This document shows positions 1 to 10,581 of a DNA stretch of 64,000 bases, piece by piece. How positions within the stretch are numbered: the first letter of the stretch is position 1; every line of letters begins with the position of its first letter. The stretch spans positions 544,001 to 608,000 of the forward strand of contig CBDDCA010000005.1 in NCBI GenBank assembly GCA_965226055.1. The letters are read 5' to 3'. Under the pieces are notes generated by a model that had not been told where the DNA came from, ran no database searches, and saw only the letters and a program-made list of their open reading frames with translations. The translations under genes and the position numbers were made by a program. The DNA is from Spirochaetia bacterium. Its GTDB lineage: Bacteria > Spirochaetota > Spirochaetia > WTKD01 > G963693115.

Positions 1-1876
1 TCGTATATGCTTTTTTACTCAATTCTTGTGTTGCTATCCCTTTTATTGTTCCTTCTTGTGCATCAAATAATAAGCCTGTATCTGCGCTAAGTGTATTGGG
101 AGCTATACTGTATTGTCCCGTTACATTTGATGGAAATTGCTTTTTAATCCTCACTACTATATTTTGATATTGCAGCGCAGTAAGATCGTTTATGCTTTCT
201 TCTTGATATACCACATCAAACACATATGCCCATGTAGGTATCTTTTCATCAGATACACTAGAACTATCAAATATACCTGCTATGTTTACTGTCCTTCCTG
301 CTATATGCTCTCCCCATGCTTCCAAATCTTGATCAAATGCTTTTGTTGAATTAAACATATTCTCCATAGTAGTTACAGTATCAACTGCCCATCCCGATAT
401 ATCTTGATTAAAGGCTGCTGCACCATAAAACATACCTTCTATACCGTCAACTTTCTTTACGTCCCAACGTGATATATCGCCATTAAACTTTGAGTCACGA
501 AACATATTTTCCATATTTGTAACATTACTCACATCCCATTTTGATATATCTCCATTAAATTGTGAATCACGAAACGTATTGTGCATCCAATACACACTAC
601 TTACATCCCAACTTGATATATCTCCATTAAATTGTGAACCTTGAAACATATATCCCATTTCCCCCACATTACTTACATCCCATTTCGATATATCTCCATT
701 AAACTTTGAGTCACGAAACATATGGTTCATAAATTTTGCATTACTTACATCCCATTTCGATATATCGCCACTAAAATCTCTCAACATACTATCATTAAAC
801 ACATAACTCAGGCTAGTAATAGCACTTACATCAATACCATTGAGATCTGCTGTAGCATTATCAATAATGCCATTCCCATCGGTATCTAAGATAACTTTTA
901 ATATCGCTTTTAGCTCTTCTCTTGTCTTAGGTTTTGTTGAGTAATTCTTCACTGATACCGATAGGGTCGCTTTTAAATTTTTATTTACTGCCTTATCAAA
1001 TTCTCCTGTGCCATTAAAAGTAACAGTAAACCTATGAGGACTTCCCTTTGTTAGCGTTTTAAGATCTCCTGCATTTGCTGTTATTGTCCCTGTACTTGTA
1101 TCAAAATTCATCCCTGTTGGAAGTGCATCTCTCCCTGCTAACACTGGCAGCAATGTAAATGTTCCTGTTGTTGTTACTGGCCACCGAGTGATAGACACAT
1201 TCACTGCTCGTCCTACTATTGCTACTACTACCTTTGGCTCTAACAGCACCTCCAATGTCAACCATCTGGGATCCTCAGTAACCCCTGAATTCTTAAATAC
1301 ATCTTGACTCACTTTACTTACCGCAGGTGCTACTGCCCATAATTTTAAGTCCCGAGTAAAGGCAGCTGTTCCTTCAAACATACTGTTAATCTGTCTTACA
1401 TTACTTACATCCCAGCCTGATATATCACTATTAAATGATGTAGCTCCCTTAAACATATTACTCATGTTTGTTACTTTGCTTACATCCCATTTTGATATCC
1501 CTCCACGAAACCCCGTCACTCCTTCAAACATACCACTCATATTTGTTACATGGCTTACATCCCACTCCGACACATTGCCACTAAAGGTAGGAAACTGGAC
1601 AAACAAATTACTCATATCAGCAACCTTACTTACATCTATATCGTTTAAGTCTGCTGCCATATCTTTACTTAATCGCTCAGAGATAAGCTGTAATAATTGC
1701 GACTTTGAGCTAGGTTGTACCTTTCCTCCTCCCCCTCCAGGAGTAGGAGAAGAACCTCCACCAGAGCCCCCTCCCTTAGGACCTTCACAACCCAATAATA
1801 CTACTGCTATCAATAATAGTAGTATTCCTCCCACATATACACCATTACTATGTATAAACACATTATTTCTTCTCAT
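1..1876 (-). CDS. BspA/DUF285-type repeat surface lipoprotein, 3' end beyond window edge (paralog of 2086..7743)
   Basis: Not in ORF track because it runs off the edge. ATG at 1876 with AAAAGGAGA RBS; reads MRRNNVFIHSNG...LLGC (lipobox); repeats such as FNGDISKWDVSNVGEMGYMFQGSQ; N-terminal part nearly collinear with the neighbouring 1885-aa protein. Confidence 0.9.
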   Translation of the reverse strand, partial: MRRNNVFIHSNGVYVGGILLLLIAVVLLGCEGPKGGGSGGGSSPTPGGGGGKVQPSSKSQLLQLISERLSKDMAADLNDIDVSKVADMSNLFVQFPTFSGNVSEWDVSHVTNMSGMFEGVTGFRGGISKWDVSKVTNMSNMFKGATSFNSDISGWDVSNVRQINSMFEGTAAFTRDLKLWAVAPAVSKVSQDVFKNSGVTEDPRWLTLEVLLEPKVVVAIVGRAVNVSITRWPVTTTGTFTLLPVLAGRDALPTGMNFDTSTGTITANAGDLKTLTKGSPHRFTVTFNGTGEFDKAVNKNLKATLSVSVKNYSTKPKTREELKAILKVILDTDGNGIIDNATADLNGIDVSAITSLSYVFNDSMLRDFSGDISKWDVSNAKFMNHMFRDSKFNGDISKWDVSNVGEMGYMFQGSQFNGDISSWDVSSVYWMHNTFRDSQFNGDISKWDVSNVTNMENMFRDSKFNGDISRWDVKKVDGIEGMFYGAAAFNQDISGWAVDTVTTMENMFNSTKAFDQDLEAWGEHIAGRTVNIAGIFDSSSVSDEKIPTWAYVFDVVYQEESINDLTALQYQNIVVRIKKQFPSNVTGQYSIAPNTLSADTGLLFDAQEGTIKGIATQELSKKAYT

Positions 1877-1937
1877 ATTTTCTCCTTTTCATATTTACCT
1901 CTTGGACTTGCACGCCCAATCACTTTATTATTTGTTT

Positions 1938-1966
1938 ATAATAAACTATACCGCATAATATAGCAA
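1938..1966 (-). promoter_or_regulatory. Putative sigma70 promoter of first BspA gene
   Basis: TTGCTA-17 nt-TATTAT on minus strand; same boxes and spacing upstream of the paralog (7785..7813). Confidence 0.6.
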
Positions 1967-2022
1967 TACCTATATTATACGGATTCAAGGACTAAATGTA
2001 ACATCAAAGGCTTCAGCAAAGG

Positions 2023-2058
2023 AAAAAAGAGCTAGCATCTCACATAAGACAATAGCTC
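2023..2058 (-). terminator. Putative intrinsic terminator after the 1885-aa BspA gene
   Basis: Minus strand GAGCTAttgtct-tatgtg-agatgcTAGCTC followed by TTTTTT, about 28 nt after the stop. Confidence 0.55.
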
Positions 2059-2085
2059 CTCCATATCCAAGAGTAAACTTATGCT

Positions 2086-5000
2086 CTATCGAGACGATGG
2101 ACCTGTGTAGGATCCTCCTGCCCAATCTGGTATTTTGTTTGAAGCCACAGCAGAATTTGTAAATGCATTGTTAGTCTTGATGCTTCTTGATCCAAAATGA
2201 TCTTTCCATTCATAGATATCCTGATTAAAGGAGCTTGCTCCATAAAACATATAGCCCATATTAGTAAGACTACTTACATTCCAACCTGATATATCTCCAG
2301 TAAACTGCGATTCACGAAACATATTACTCATATTTGTTACTTTGCTTACCTTCCAGTTTGATATATCCCCATTAAATTGCGATTCACGGAACATCCAGTA
2401 CATCTGTTTTACATCACTTACATCCCAGCCTGATATATCTCCAGTAAACTGCGATTTATAAAACATGCCTTGCATATATCTCACATTGCTTACATCCCAC
2501 CTTGATATATCTCCAGTAAATCGACTCTCCTTAAACATATCCCGCATATTGACAACATTACTTACATTCCAACCTGATATATCTCCAGTAAAGCTCCTCA
2601 AGGCACTATCATTAAATACATAACTCATATCTGTTATGTATCCCGTATATATTTCATTCAAGTCTGCGTTATTTCCATTTGATGCCACCAGTGTTTTTAT
2701 ATTTGTTATCAAAGCATTCTTTGTTTTTGGGGAATATGTGTATGTATGTATATATATAGTAAACTCTTTTGTAAGCCTTTTTTCTGCATAATCACCAGTC
2801 CCTGTAAACACAATCATGTATTTTCTCAGTGCAAGTGCTTTTGTAGGACTACCGCTTATCGCTCCATTCACTGCACTAAATGTCAAGCCTGTGTCTGTAG
2901 TAAAGGTACTTGGCACTATACTATAGCCCCCTGTTGCATTAAATGTTGAAACTCCAGTATTAGTCAATGGAATACTAATATTCTGCTGCCCTCTTACCAT
3001 AGTAAATAATGAAGCAACATTGCCTCCATATGTCTGTGATATACGATACATCCAGCTTGGTATTCTTACACCAGAGACACCAGCATTCGTAAATATATTT
3101 CCCATAGCCACTGTTCTTCCTGCTATATGTTCCCCCCATGCTTCTAAATCTTGATCAAAGGCTGTTGCTTCGCGAAACATCTGTTCTATAGTAGTTACAC
3201 TGTCAACTTCCCACCTCGCTATATCTTGATTAAATGCTTCTGCATTATTAAACATATGTGCCATAGTAGTCACATTTCTCACATCCCAACTTGATATATC
3301 TTGATCAAACACAGTATTATCCTTAAACATATTACTCATATCGGTAACTTTTCTTACATCCCAGCCCGATATATCGCCATTAAATTGACTCTCCTTAAAC
3401 AGCTCACTCATATTGCTAACATTACTCACATCCCACTCTGTTATAGTTCCATTAAAACTTTTCAAGGCATTATCATTAAATACTCCACTCATATCCGTAA
3501 TAGCTCCTGTATATATGCTATTCAAATCGGCACTGTTATTATCAGGGGTGTCATCATCATCAGTATCCATCACATCCTTTATTGCTGCTATCAACTCTGC
3601 TTTATTGGTAGGAGAGTGGCTATACTCTCCTGCTATTACTGTAATGCTCAATGGTATCTTATAGCTCTTGCCTGCATAGTCTCCTGTTCCACTAAAGAGC
3701 AGTGTGTAGCTTTTTGTACTTTGTGTTTTCGTTGGACTCCCGCTTATAGCTCCTGTACTTGCATCTAAGCTAAGTCCTATATCTGTTATGCTCGGAGAGA
3801 TAGTATAGCTTCCCGTTGCCGTAGTAGGATACTTCTTATTTACTGTTATTACCCCATTTGCTTCTATGGCTTTGCCTACAAACCCACTTATAGTACTGCT
3901 TTCAGTTCCACCAACAGTAAGTACAAAATCATAGAGCCATGTAGGGATATTGCCTTCGGAAAGTATTACTCCACTATTGTCTACTGTATTGAATATTTTA
4001 TCTATATTTACTGTTCTTCCTGCTATATGCTCTCCCCATGCTTCTAAATCCTTATCAAAGGCTGTTGCTCCTTGGAACATTGACTCCATAGTAGTTACGC
4101 TATCAACTTCCCAGCTTGATATATCTTGATTAAATGCTCCTGCTTCACTAAACATCTGTTTCATAGTGGTTACCCCACTTACATTCCAATATAATATGTT
4201 CTGATTAAATGCTGTGTTCTTATAGAACATTGACTCCATATCTGCAACACTGCGAACATCCCATAGGCTTATGTCCTTGTTATATGCTGTTTCTCGAAAC
4301 ATCTCATTCATAGTTGTGACATTCCTTACATTCCAGCCTGATATATCACCAGCATACGATGATTTCTTAAACATATCATTCATATTTTTTACATTCCTTA
4401 CATCCCAATTTGTTATATCTCCATTTTCTCCTGTAAACTTTGACTCTTCAAACATACTGTCCATCGTAGTTACGTTACTTACATTCCAACCTGATATATC
4501 GCCATTAAAATTTCTCAAAGCACTCTCATTAAATATCCCGCTCATATCGGTTATATCTCCTGTATATATGACATTCAAATTGGCACTGTTATCATCAGGG
4601 CTACCATCCCCATCAGCATCTGCTGCCATCACCGTTTTTATATTTGCTATCAAATCTGCTTTTGTCTTAGGAAAATATGTTTGACTGCTCGTATCCTGTA
4701 TCGTGAGAGTGAGAGTAGTACTTTTTTTTCTGCCAACATAGTCCCCATTTCCTGTAAAGGTTATGGCATACTCTTTTGTAGCCAATGTTTTCGTTAGAGT
4801 ACCACTTATCTCTCCAGTTGCTGTATCAAATGTCAATCCTGTATCTGTAGTAAATGTATTGGGTACTACACTGTAGGTTCCTGTTGCTGCTTTCGGTGTT
4901 TTGTCAATAGACAGAACAATATTTTTATCACTCGTAGTAAACACTTTCTTACTTACTATACTCCCTTTCGCATCTTTATACCCAAGAGTATATACCCATG

Positions 5001-7743
5001 ATGGAATTTTTTCATCAGGTAAATGAGTAAATATGCCTTGTACATTCAGTGGTTTTCCTGATACCGTGAGTTCTGGTATATGCTCTCCCCATGCTTCTAA
5101 ATCTTGATCAAACGATGTTGCACCATCAAACATTTTATACATAGTAGTGACTTTCTTAACATTCCATCTTGATATATCCTGATTAAACGATGTTGCGTCA
5201 TAAAACATGCCTTTCATATTTAAAACATCACGCACATTCCAGCCCGATATATCACTATTAAATGGCGTACCAACAAACATCTGTTGCATCCATTGCACCC
5301 CACTGACATCCCATCTTGATATATCCCCATTAAATGGTGTATTTTGAAACATACTGTCCATATCTTCTACATCACTCACATCCCAATCTGATATATCCCC
5401 ATTAAATGGTGAGTCATAAAACATACCTTCCATATTTTTTACATTACTCACATCCCATTTTGATATATCCCCATTAAATTGCGAATAACGAAACATAATA
5501 TTCATCAAAAAAACACTACTTACATTCCAACCTGATATATCACTATTAAATTGAGATGAAGAAAACATTGTTCTCATATCTTTTACATTACTCACATTCC
5601 AATCTGATATATCCCCATTAAATCGCGATTCATAAAACATGGCACGCATGTTTGTAACATTACTCACATCCCAACCCGATATATCCCCATTAAAATTCCT
5701 CAAGGCACTATCATTAAATACATAACTCATATCTGTAATATTCCCTGTATAAATAATATTCAAATCTGCTTTATTATCATTTGGTGTCCCATCACCGTTT
5801 ATATCCATTACCTCTTTTATTACTTGTATCAACTCTGCTTTATTACTAGGAAAATATGCGTATTTCCCTTGATTGGCCTTTACCTCTAATGAAAATGGCA
5901 ATGTAATATTCTTGCCTTGAAACTTAGCATCTCCAGTAAAAGTAATCGTATATGCTTTTTTTGCTACTTCTTTTGTTGCTATTCCTTTTATTGTTCCCTC
6001 TTGTGCATCAAATGATAATCCTGTATCTGCAGTAAATGTATTGGGCTCTATACTATAGAGTCCTGTTGCACTCAATGGAATTTGCTTTTTAATCCTCACT
6101 ACTATATTTTGATATTGCAATACAGTAAGATCTTTTATGCTTGCTCCTTGATATAACACATCAAACACATATGCCCATGTAGGTATCTTTTCATCAGATA
6201 CTTTAGAATGAGTAAACATATTTGATATATTTAATGTCTTTCCTACTGTATGCTCTCCCCATGCTTCCAAATCTTGATCAAACGCTGTTGCTCCCTTAAA
6301 CATATCCTGCATAACAATTAAAGTATCAACTGACCATCCTGATATATCTTGATTAAAGGCTGTTGCTTCTTTAAACATACCTGGCATACGTTGAACATTA
6401 CTCACATCCCAACTTGATATATCTCCATTAAATTGACTCTGCTTAAACATATTGCTCATAGTTTTTACATTACTTACATCCCATCTTGATATATCCCCAT
6501 TAAACCTCGATCCTTGAAACATCTTATACATATATTTTACATTACTTACATCCCATTTTGATATATCACCATTAAAATGTTTCAACATATCATCATTAAA
6601 TAAAAAGCTCATGCTATTAATCGCACTTACATCAATGTGATTGAGATCTGCTGTAGCATTATCAATAATGCCATTCCCATCAGCATCCAAGATAACTTTT
6701 AATATCGCTTTTAGCTCTTCTCTTGACTTAGGTTGTGTTGAATAATTCTTCACTGATACTGATAAAGTCGCTTTTACATTTTTATTTATTGCCTTATCAA
6801 ATTCCCCTGTCCCATTAAAAGCAACAGTAAACCTATGCGGACTTCCCTTTGTTATCGTCTTAAGGTCTCCTGCATTTGCTGTTATTGTCCCTGTACTTAC
6901 ATCAAAATTCATCTCTTTTAGGAGTGCCTCTCCTCCTGCTAACACTGGTGTCAATGTAAATGTTCCTGTTGTTGTTACTGGCCACCGCGTGATAGACACA
7001 TTCACTGCTCGCCCTACTATTGCTACTACTACCTTTGGCTTTAACAGCACCTCCAATGTCAACCATCTGGGTTTCTCAGTAATCCCCGAATTCTTAAATA
7101 CATCTTTACTCCTTTTGCTTACTGTAGGGGCTACTGCCCATAATTTCAAATTCCGAGTAAAAGCAACTGCTCCTTCAAACATGCTGTCAATCTGTGTTAC
7201 ATTGCTTACATTCCAGCCTGATATATCACTATTAAATGATGTGGCTCCCTTAAATATATTACTCATGTTTGTTACTTTGCTTACATCCCATTTCGATATA
7301 TCACTATTAAATGATGTGGCTCCCTTAAACATATTACTCATGTTTGTTACTTTGCTTACATCCCATTTTGATATCCCTCCACGAAACCCCGTCACTCCTT
7401 CAAACATACCACTCATATTTGTTACGTGGCTTACATTCCACTTTGATACATCTCCACTAAAGGTAGGAAACTGCACAAACAAATTACTCATATCAGTAAC
7501 TTTACTTATATCTACATCGTTTAAGTCTGCTGCCATGTCTTTACTTAATCGCTCAGAGATAAGCTGTAATAATTGCGACTTTGAGCTAGGCTGTACCCTT
7601 CCTCCTCCCCCTTCAGGAGCAGGAGGAGAACCTACATTAGAGGAAACTCCCTCTGGATCTTCACAACTCAATAATACTACTAGTATCAATACTATTAGTA
7701 TTATAAAACCATTGCTATGCATAAAAAAATTATTTTTTCTCAT
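2086..7743 (-). CDS. Giant BspA/DUF285-repeat surface lipoprotein: six repeat arrays separated by putative Ig-like domains
   Basis: Lipobox LLSC; dozens of 24-25 aa repeats FNGDISxW(D/N)VSNVxxMxxMF; spacers with GL(S/T)FDxxTGxISG motif typical of putative Ig (He_PIG-like) domains; AGGAGG RBS. Confidence 0.92.
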   Translation of the reverse strand: MRKNNFFMHSNGFIILIVLILVVLLSCEDPEGVSSNVGSPPAPEGGGGRVQPSSKSQLLQLISERLSKDMAADLNDVDISKVTDMSNLFVQFPTFSGDVSKWNVSHVTNMSGMFEGVTGFRGGISKWDVSKVTNMSNMFKGATSFNSDISKWDVSKVTNMSNIFKGATSFNSDISGWNVSNVTQIDSMFEGAVAFTRNLKLWAVAPTVSKRSKDVFKNSGITEKPRWLTLEVLLKPKVVVAIVGRAVNVSITRWPVTTTGTFTLTPVLAGGEALLKEMNFDVSTGTITANAGDLKTITKGSPHRFTVAFNGTGEFDKAINKNVKATLSVSVKNYSTQPKSREELKAILKVILDADGNGIIDNATADLNHIDVSAINSMSFLFNDDMLKHFNGDISKWDVSNVKYMYKMFQGSRFNGDISRWDVSNVKTMSNMFKQSQFNGDISSWDVSNVQRMPGMFKEATAFNQDISGWSVDTLIVMQDMFKGATAFDQDLEAWGEHTVGKTLNISNMFTHSKVSDEKIPTWAYVFDVLYQGASIKDLTVLQYQNIVVRIKKQIPLSATGLYSIEPNTFTADTGLSFDAQEGTIKGIATKEVAKKAYTITFTGDAKFQGKNITLPFSLEVKANQGKYAYFPSNKAELIQVIKEVMDINGDGTPNDNKADLNIIYTGNITDMSYVFNDSALRNFNGDISGWDVSNVTNMRAMFYESRFNGDISDWNVSNVKDMRTMFSSSQFNSDISGWNVSSVFLMNIMFRYSQFNGDISKWDVSNVKNMEGMFYDSPFNGDISDWDVSDVEDMDSMFQNTPFNGDISRWDVSGVQWMQQMFVGTPFNSDISGWNVRDVLNMKGMFYDATSFNQDISRWNVKKVTTMYKMFDGATSFDQDLEAWGEHIPELTVSGKPLNVQGIFTHLPDEKIPSWVYTLGYKDAKGSIVSKKVFTTSDKNIVLSIDKTPKAATGTYSVVPNTFTTDTGLTFDTATGEISGTLTKTLATKEYAITFTGNGDYVGRKKSTTLTLTIQDTSSQTYFPKTKADLIANIKTVMAADADGDGSPDDNSANLNVIYTGDITDMSGIFNESALRNFNGDISGWNVSNVTTMDSMFEESKFTGENGDITNWDVRNVKNMNDMFKKSSYAGDISGWNVRNVTTMNEMFRETAYNKDISLWDVRSVADMESMFYKNTAFNQNILYWNVSGVTTMKQMFSEAGAFNQDISSWEVDSVTTMESMFQGATAFDKDLEAWGEHIAGRTVNIDKIFNTVDNSGVILSEGNIPTWLYDFVLTVGGTESSTISGFVGKAIEANGVITVNKKYPTTATGSYTISPSITDIGLSLDASTGAISGSPTKTQSTKSYTLLFSGTGDYAGKSYKIPLSITVIAGEYSHSPTNKAELIAAIKDVMDTDDDDTPDNNSADLNSIYTGAITDMSGVFNDNALKSFNGTITEWDVSNVSNMSELFKESQFNGDISGWDVRKVTDMSNMFKDNTVFDQDISSWDVRNVTTMAHMFNNAEAFNQDIARWEVDSVTTIEQMFREATAFDQDLEAWGEHIAGRTVAMGNIFTNAGVSGVRIPSWMYRISQTYGGNVASLFTMVRGQQNISIPLTNTGVSTFNATGGYSIVPSTFTTDTGLTFSAVNGAISGSPTKALALRKYMIVFTGTGDYAEKRLTKEFTIYIHTYTYSPKTKNALITNIKTLVASNGNNADLNEIYTGYITDMSYVFNDSALRSFTGDISGWNVSNVVNMRDMFKESRFTGDISRWDVSNVRYMQGMFYKSQFTGDISGWDVSDVKQMYWMFRESQFNGDISNWKVSKVTNMSNMFRESQFTGDISGWNVSSLTNMGYMFYGASSFNQDIYEWKDHFGSRSIKTNNAFTNSAVASNKIPDWAGGSYTGPSSR
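7220..7369. repeat. Near-perfect 75-bp tandem duplication (one BspA repeat unit)
   Basis: 7220..7294 and 7295..7369 differ at 2 positions; the paralog has a single copy. Confidence 0.9.
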
Positions 7744-7784
7744 AATTTCCTCCTGGTTTTTTTAAATTATATTAATCCTTGCTT

Positions 7785-7813
7785 ATAATAAACGATATTA
7801 TATAATATTGCAA
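7785..7813 (-). promoter_or_regulatory. Putative sigma70 promoter of second BspA gene
   Basis: TTGCAA-17 nt-TATTAT on minus strand, conserved with 1938..1966. Confidence 0.6.
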
Positions 7814-7928
7814 TACCTTTTTTTATTTTTTTTCAGATTGCAGATTCAAGGACTCAATGCGACAGCAAAGGCTTTAGTTATTACATGTACACTATTTTCA
7901 ATACACAATATGTTGTACAATAATTACT

Positions 7929-8573
7929 ATGGATTGGAAAAACGAACATCCTACATATGAATATTCACACTTAGACGATTCTGTACCCTATTCTCCATGG
8001 GAGCTATGGGAACTATGGCAACAAGAAGCAAAAAAAGTACTACAATATACCAATGAAATTGTACTAGCTACAGCAAGCAAAGAAGCAGTTCCCAGTGCTC
8101 GTATGTTACTCCTAAAATATGCCAGTAAAGAAAAAGGATTTTGCTTTTTTAGTAATAAAAAAAGCAGAAAAGGTAACGATATACATCAAAACCCTCAAGG
8201 ACACCTGCTATGGTATTGTAGCCCACTACAGAGACAAGTACGTATTGATGGCACAATATCAGAATTACCCCGCAAAGAAGCTGAAACATATGCCATAAGC
8301 CGTCCACGTAAAAGTCAAATCAGTGCGTATATATCACAACAAAGTCAGCCTGTAAAGTCAAAACAAGCTCTTCTTGATGCATATCATCAATGTGAAAAAG
8401 AGCTAAAAGATAAAAAAATTCCAGTATCAGAAAATTGGACAGGATATAGCCTACAACCTACCATGTTTGAGTTTTGGCAAGGAAATAGCAATAGATTACA
8501 CGATCGAATTGTATATACTAGAGATACACAAAAAGAAAAACAAACATGGAACATATCTCGTCTCTATCCATAA
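7929..8573 (+). CDS. pdxH: Pyridoxine/pyridoxamine 5'-phosphate oxidase
   Basis: PSARMLLLK, SRKG, RQVRIDG, SRPRKSQISA, FEFWQGNSNRLHDR and SRLYP motifs. Confidence 0.93.
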   Translation: MDWKNEHPTYEYSHLDDSVPYSPWELWELWQQEAKKVLQYTNEIVLATASKEAVPSARMLLLKYASKEKGFCFFSNKKSRKGNDIHQNPQGHLLWYCSPLQRQVRIDGTISELPRKEAETYAISRPRKSQISAYISQQSQPVKSKQALLDAYHQCEKELKDKKIPVSENWTGYSLQPTMFEFWQGNSNRLHDRIVYTRDTQKEKQTWNISRLYP

Positions 8574-8575
8574 TA

Positions 8576-9529
8576 TTAATGAGCTAAATACCACTGTTTT
8601 TTTTCACTTACCAGTAACCCTTCTTTCTCTAAACATGCTAAACATTCTTCTGCTTCACTGATAAATTGTTCTTTATTTTCTATATTTCTTTTATATACAA
8701 GATCTTGAAAAAGATGATGATACAGATCATCTTCATTTAACATCCCATGTTTTGCAAGTATACGAACTATTGCTCCTCGTATTTGTCGCTTAGATCCTTC
8801 AAACATTGATTGCTTTTTATACATATTACTTTTCCGATTAGGATTACTTACCTCAAATTTAAGCCAATACCCATAATCCATAAGTGCCCAATACCATAGA
8901 CGAGGATTTTCTGTATTCATAGTATTTTCTACATAATAGTGAACATCATGCTCTTGCACTTCGTCTTGCTGAGAAAAAAAAGTATGTATAATAGCTCTTC
9001 TAATATTAGTTTCTATCACAACACAGGGGACATTAAACGCAAATACCATTATTGCAGATGAAGTATATGCTCCAATACCTGGTAATAACTGCAATGTTTC
9101 TTTACTATCAGGAATTACACCGTTGTAGTCACTTAGTACAAGTTTTGCACAATTATGTAAAAAACGCGCTCTCCTATTATAGCCTAACCCTTGCCATTCT
9201 TTCAGTACAGCAGATAATGGAGCTAAAGCAAGTGCTTCTATAGTACTCCACCTTTCGACAAAAGACATAAAATAGGAAAGAACACGCGACACTTGTGTTT
9301 GTTGTAACATACATTCAGATACTAGCACATGATAAGGAGTGGGATGTTCTCGCCAGGGCATAGTTTCTCTCGGTCTGTTATAGAAACTATGCATAACAGT
9401 GTCCCTAAATTGTTCTATTGATACATCAGATACTTTACCATGTAATGACAAAAATTTAGCCAAAGCTACCTGTTCCTTGTTTTTTTGCTCGCTCTTCAGT
9501 TTTTCTTCGAATTTTATTCCATACTCCAC
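8576..9529 (-). CDS. mutY: A/G-specific adenine glycosylase, short MutY form (start uncertain, overlaps trpS)
   Basis: [38 protein letters not shown] HhH motif; no CX6CX2CX5C cluster after ALMDYG. Confidence 0.85.
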   Translation of the reverse strand: MEYGIKFEEKLKSEQKNKEQVALAKFLSLHGKVSDVSIEQFRDTVMHSFYNRPRETMPWREHPTPYHVLVSECMLQQTQVSRVLSYFMSFVERWSTIEALALAPLSAVLKEWQGLGYNRRARFLHNCAKLVLSDYNGVIPDSKETLQLLPGIGAYTSSAIMVFAFNVPCVVIETNIRRAIIHTFFSQQDEVQEHDVHYYVENTMNTENPRLWYWALMDYGYWLKFEVSNPNRKSNMYKKQSMFEGSKRQIRGAIVRILAKHGMLNEDDLYHHLFQDLVYKRNIENKEQFISEAEECLACLEKEGLLVSEKKQWYLAH

Positions 9530-10520
9530 TCAACCCCATAGCTTTTTTCATTCCCATAACCGTATCTTGCCCTATCTTTTGCACTCTTTTTGTCCCTTCA
9601 TATAAAATACTCTGTGCTAATCCTGCCTGTAATTCATAGGTAGAACGCTTTTCACGAATTGGATTCAAAAAATCGTTAAGAGCAATAGCAAGTGCTTTTT
9701 TTACTTCTACATCACCAACAGTCCCTTTTCTGTACCGCTCCTTAAAATTATTTACTTGTTGAACATCAGTATTAAACAAATCATGATATATAAATACTGG
9801 ATTACCTTCTACAACACCAGGAATATCAGCACGAATTCTATTAGGATCAGTATACATGCTCATAACTTTCTTTGTTACTGTTTTTTCATCATCAGAAAGA
9901 TAAATTGCATTATTAAGCGATTTAGACATTTTTGATTGACCGTCAGTACCAACAAGTGCTTTTTCTTCTCCAATCAATATTTCAGGTATAGGAAAAAAAT
10001 CACAATCATAGTTTGTATTAAAACGTTTTGCTAACTCACGCGTAAGCTCAATATGGGCTTCATTATCCTTACCTACAGGCACAATATTTGCACGTGGAAG
10101 TAATATATCAGCAGATTGTAATACTGGATATGACAATAAACCAAGACTCATCTCTTTCATATTTGCAGCCTGAGCCATATCTTTTAAGCTAGGCAAACGT
10201 TGCAAACGAGGAACTGTGATCATCATTGATAATAAAAGCGTTATCTCAGCAACTTCTGGAACTTGTGATTGCAAATAGAATGTTATAACACTAGGATCTA
10301 AGCCAACCGAAAGATAATCAAAAACAATATCTTCAACATTTTTAGAAATAAAAGAAATATCATCTTTTGTATGACGAGTAGTAAGCATATGATAATCAGC
10401 AAGGAGAACATACGCTTGATACTCATGCTGTAAACGAACTCTTTCTTTCAGTGATCCAATATAATGACCTAAATGTAATTTTCCAGTAGGCCTATCTCCA
10501 GTCAAAAGAATTTTTTTCAT
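9456..10520 (-). CDS. trpS: Tryptophan--tRNA ligase
   Basis: [35 protein letters not shown]; start taken at MKKILL. Confidence 0.95.
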   Translation of the reverse strand: MKKILLTGDRPTGKLHLGHYIGSLKERVRLQHEYQAYVLLADYHMLTTRHTKDDISFISKNVEDIVFDYLSVGLDPSVITFYLQSQVPEVAEITLLLSMMITVPRLQRLPSLKDMAQAANMKEMSLGLLSYPVLQSADILLPRANIVPVGKDNEAHIELTRELAKRFNTNYDCDFFPIPEILIGEEKALVGTDGQSKMSKSLNNAIYLSDDEKTVTKKVMSMYTDPNRIRADIPGVVEGNPVFIYHDLFNTDVQQVNNFKERYRKGTVGDVEVKKALAIALNDFLNPIREKRSTYELQAGLAQSILYEGTKRVQKIGQDTVMGMKKAMGLSGVWNKIRRKTEERAKKQGTGSFG

Positions 10521-10581
10521 ATTACTTCGTAATCCTATCAATACCTAAATGTACCCACCTATAAAAAGTAAGGTATAAACA

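Noticed and set aside
1464-1958. Plus-strand ORFs over BspA genes (also 3301..3768, 4271..4684, 6989..7765)
   Set aside because: Antisense shadows of repetitive coding sequence; their mutual similarity just mirrors the paralogs.
2200-6600. 72/75-bp periodic repeats as a CRISPR array
   Set aside because: Repeats are in-frame, degenerate at third positions and encode BspA units; no cas genes.
2086-7743. Diversity-generating retroelement acting on BspA repeats
   Set aside because: No reverse transcriptase or non-coding template repeat in the window, and differences are not confined to adenines; a trans-acting DGR elsewhere cannot be excluded.
9456-9529. 74-bp trpS/mutY overlap as a regulatory feature
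   Set aside because: The MutY start is uncertain and may lie further downstream.
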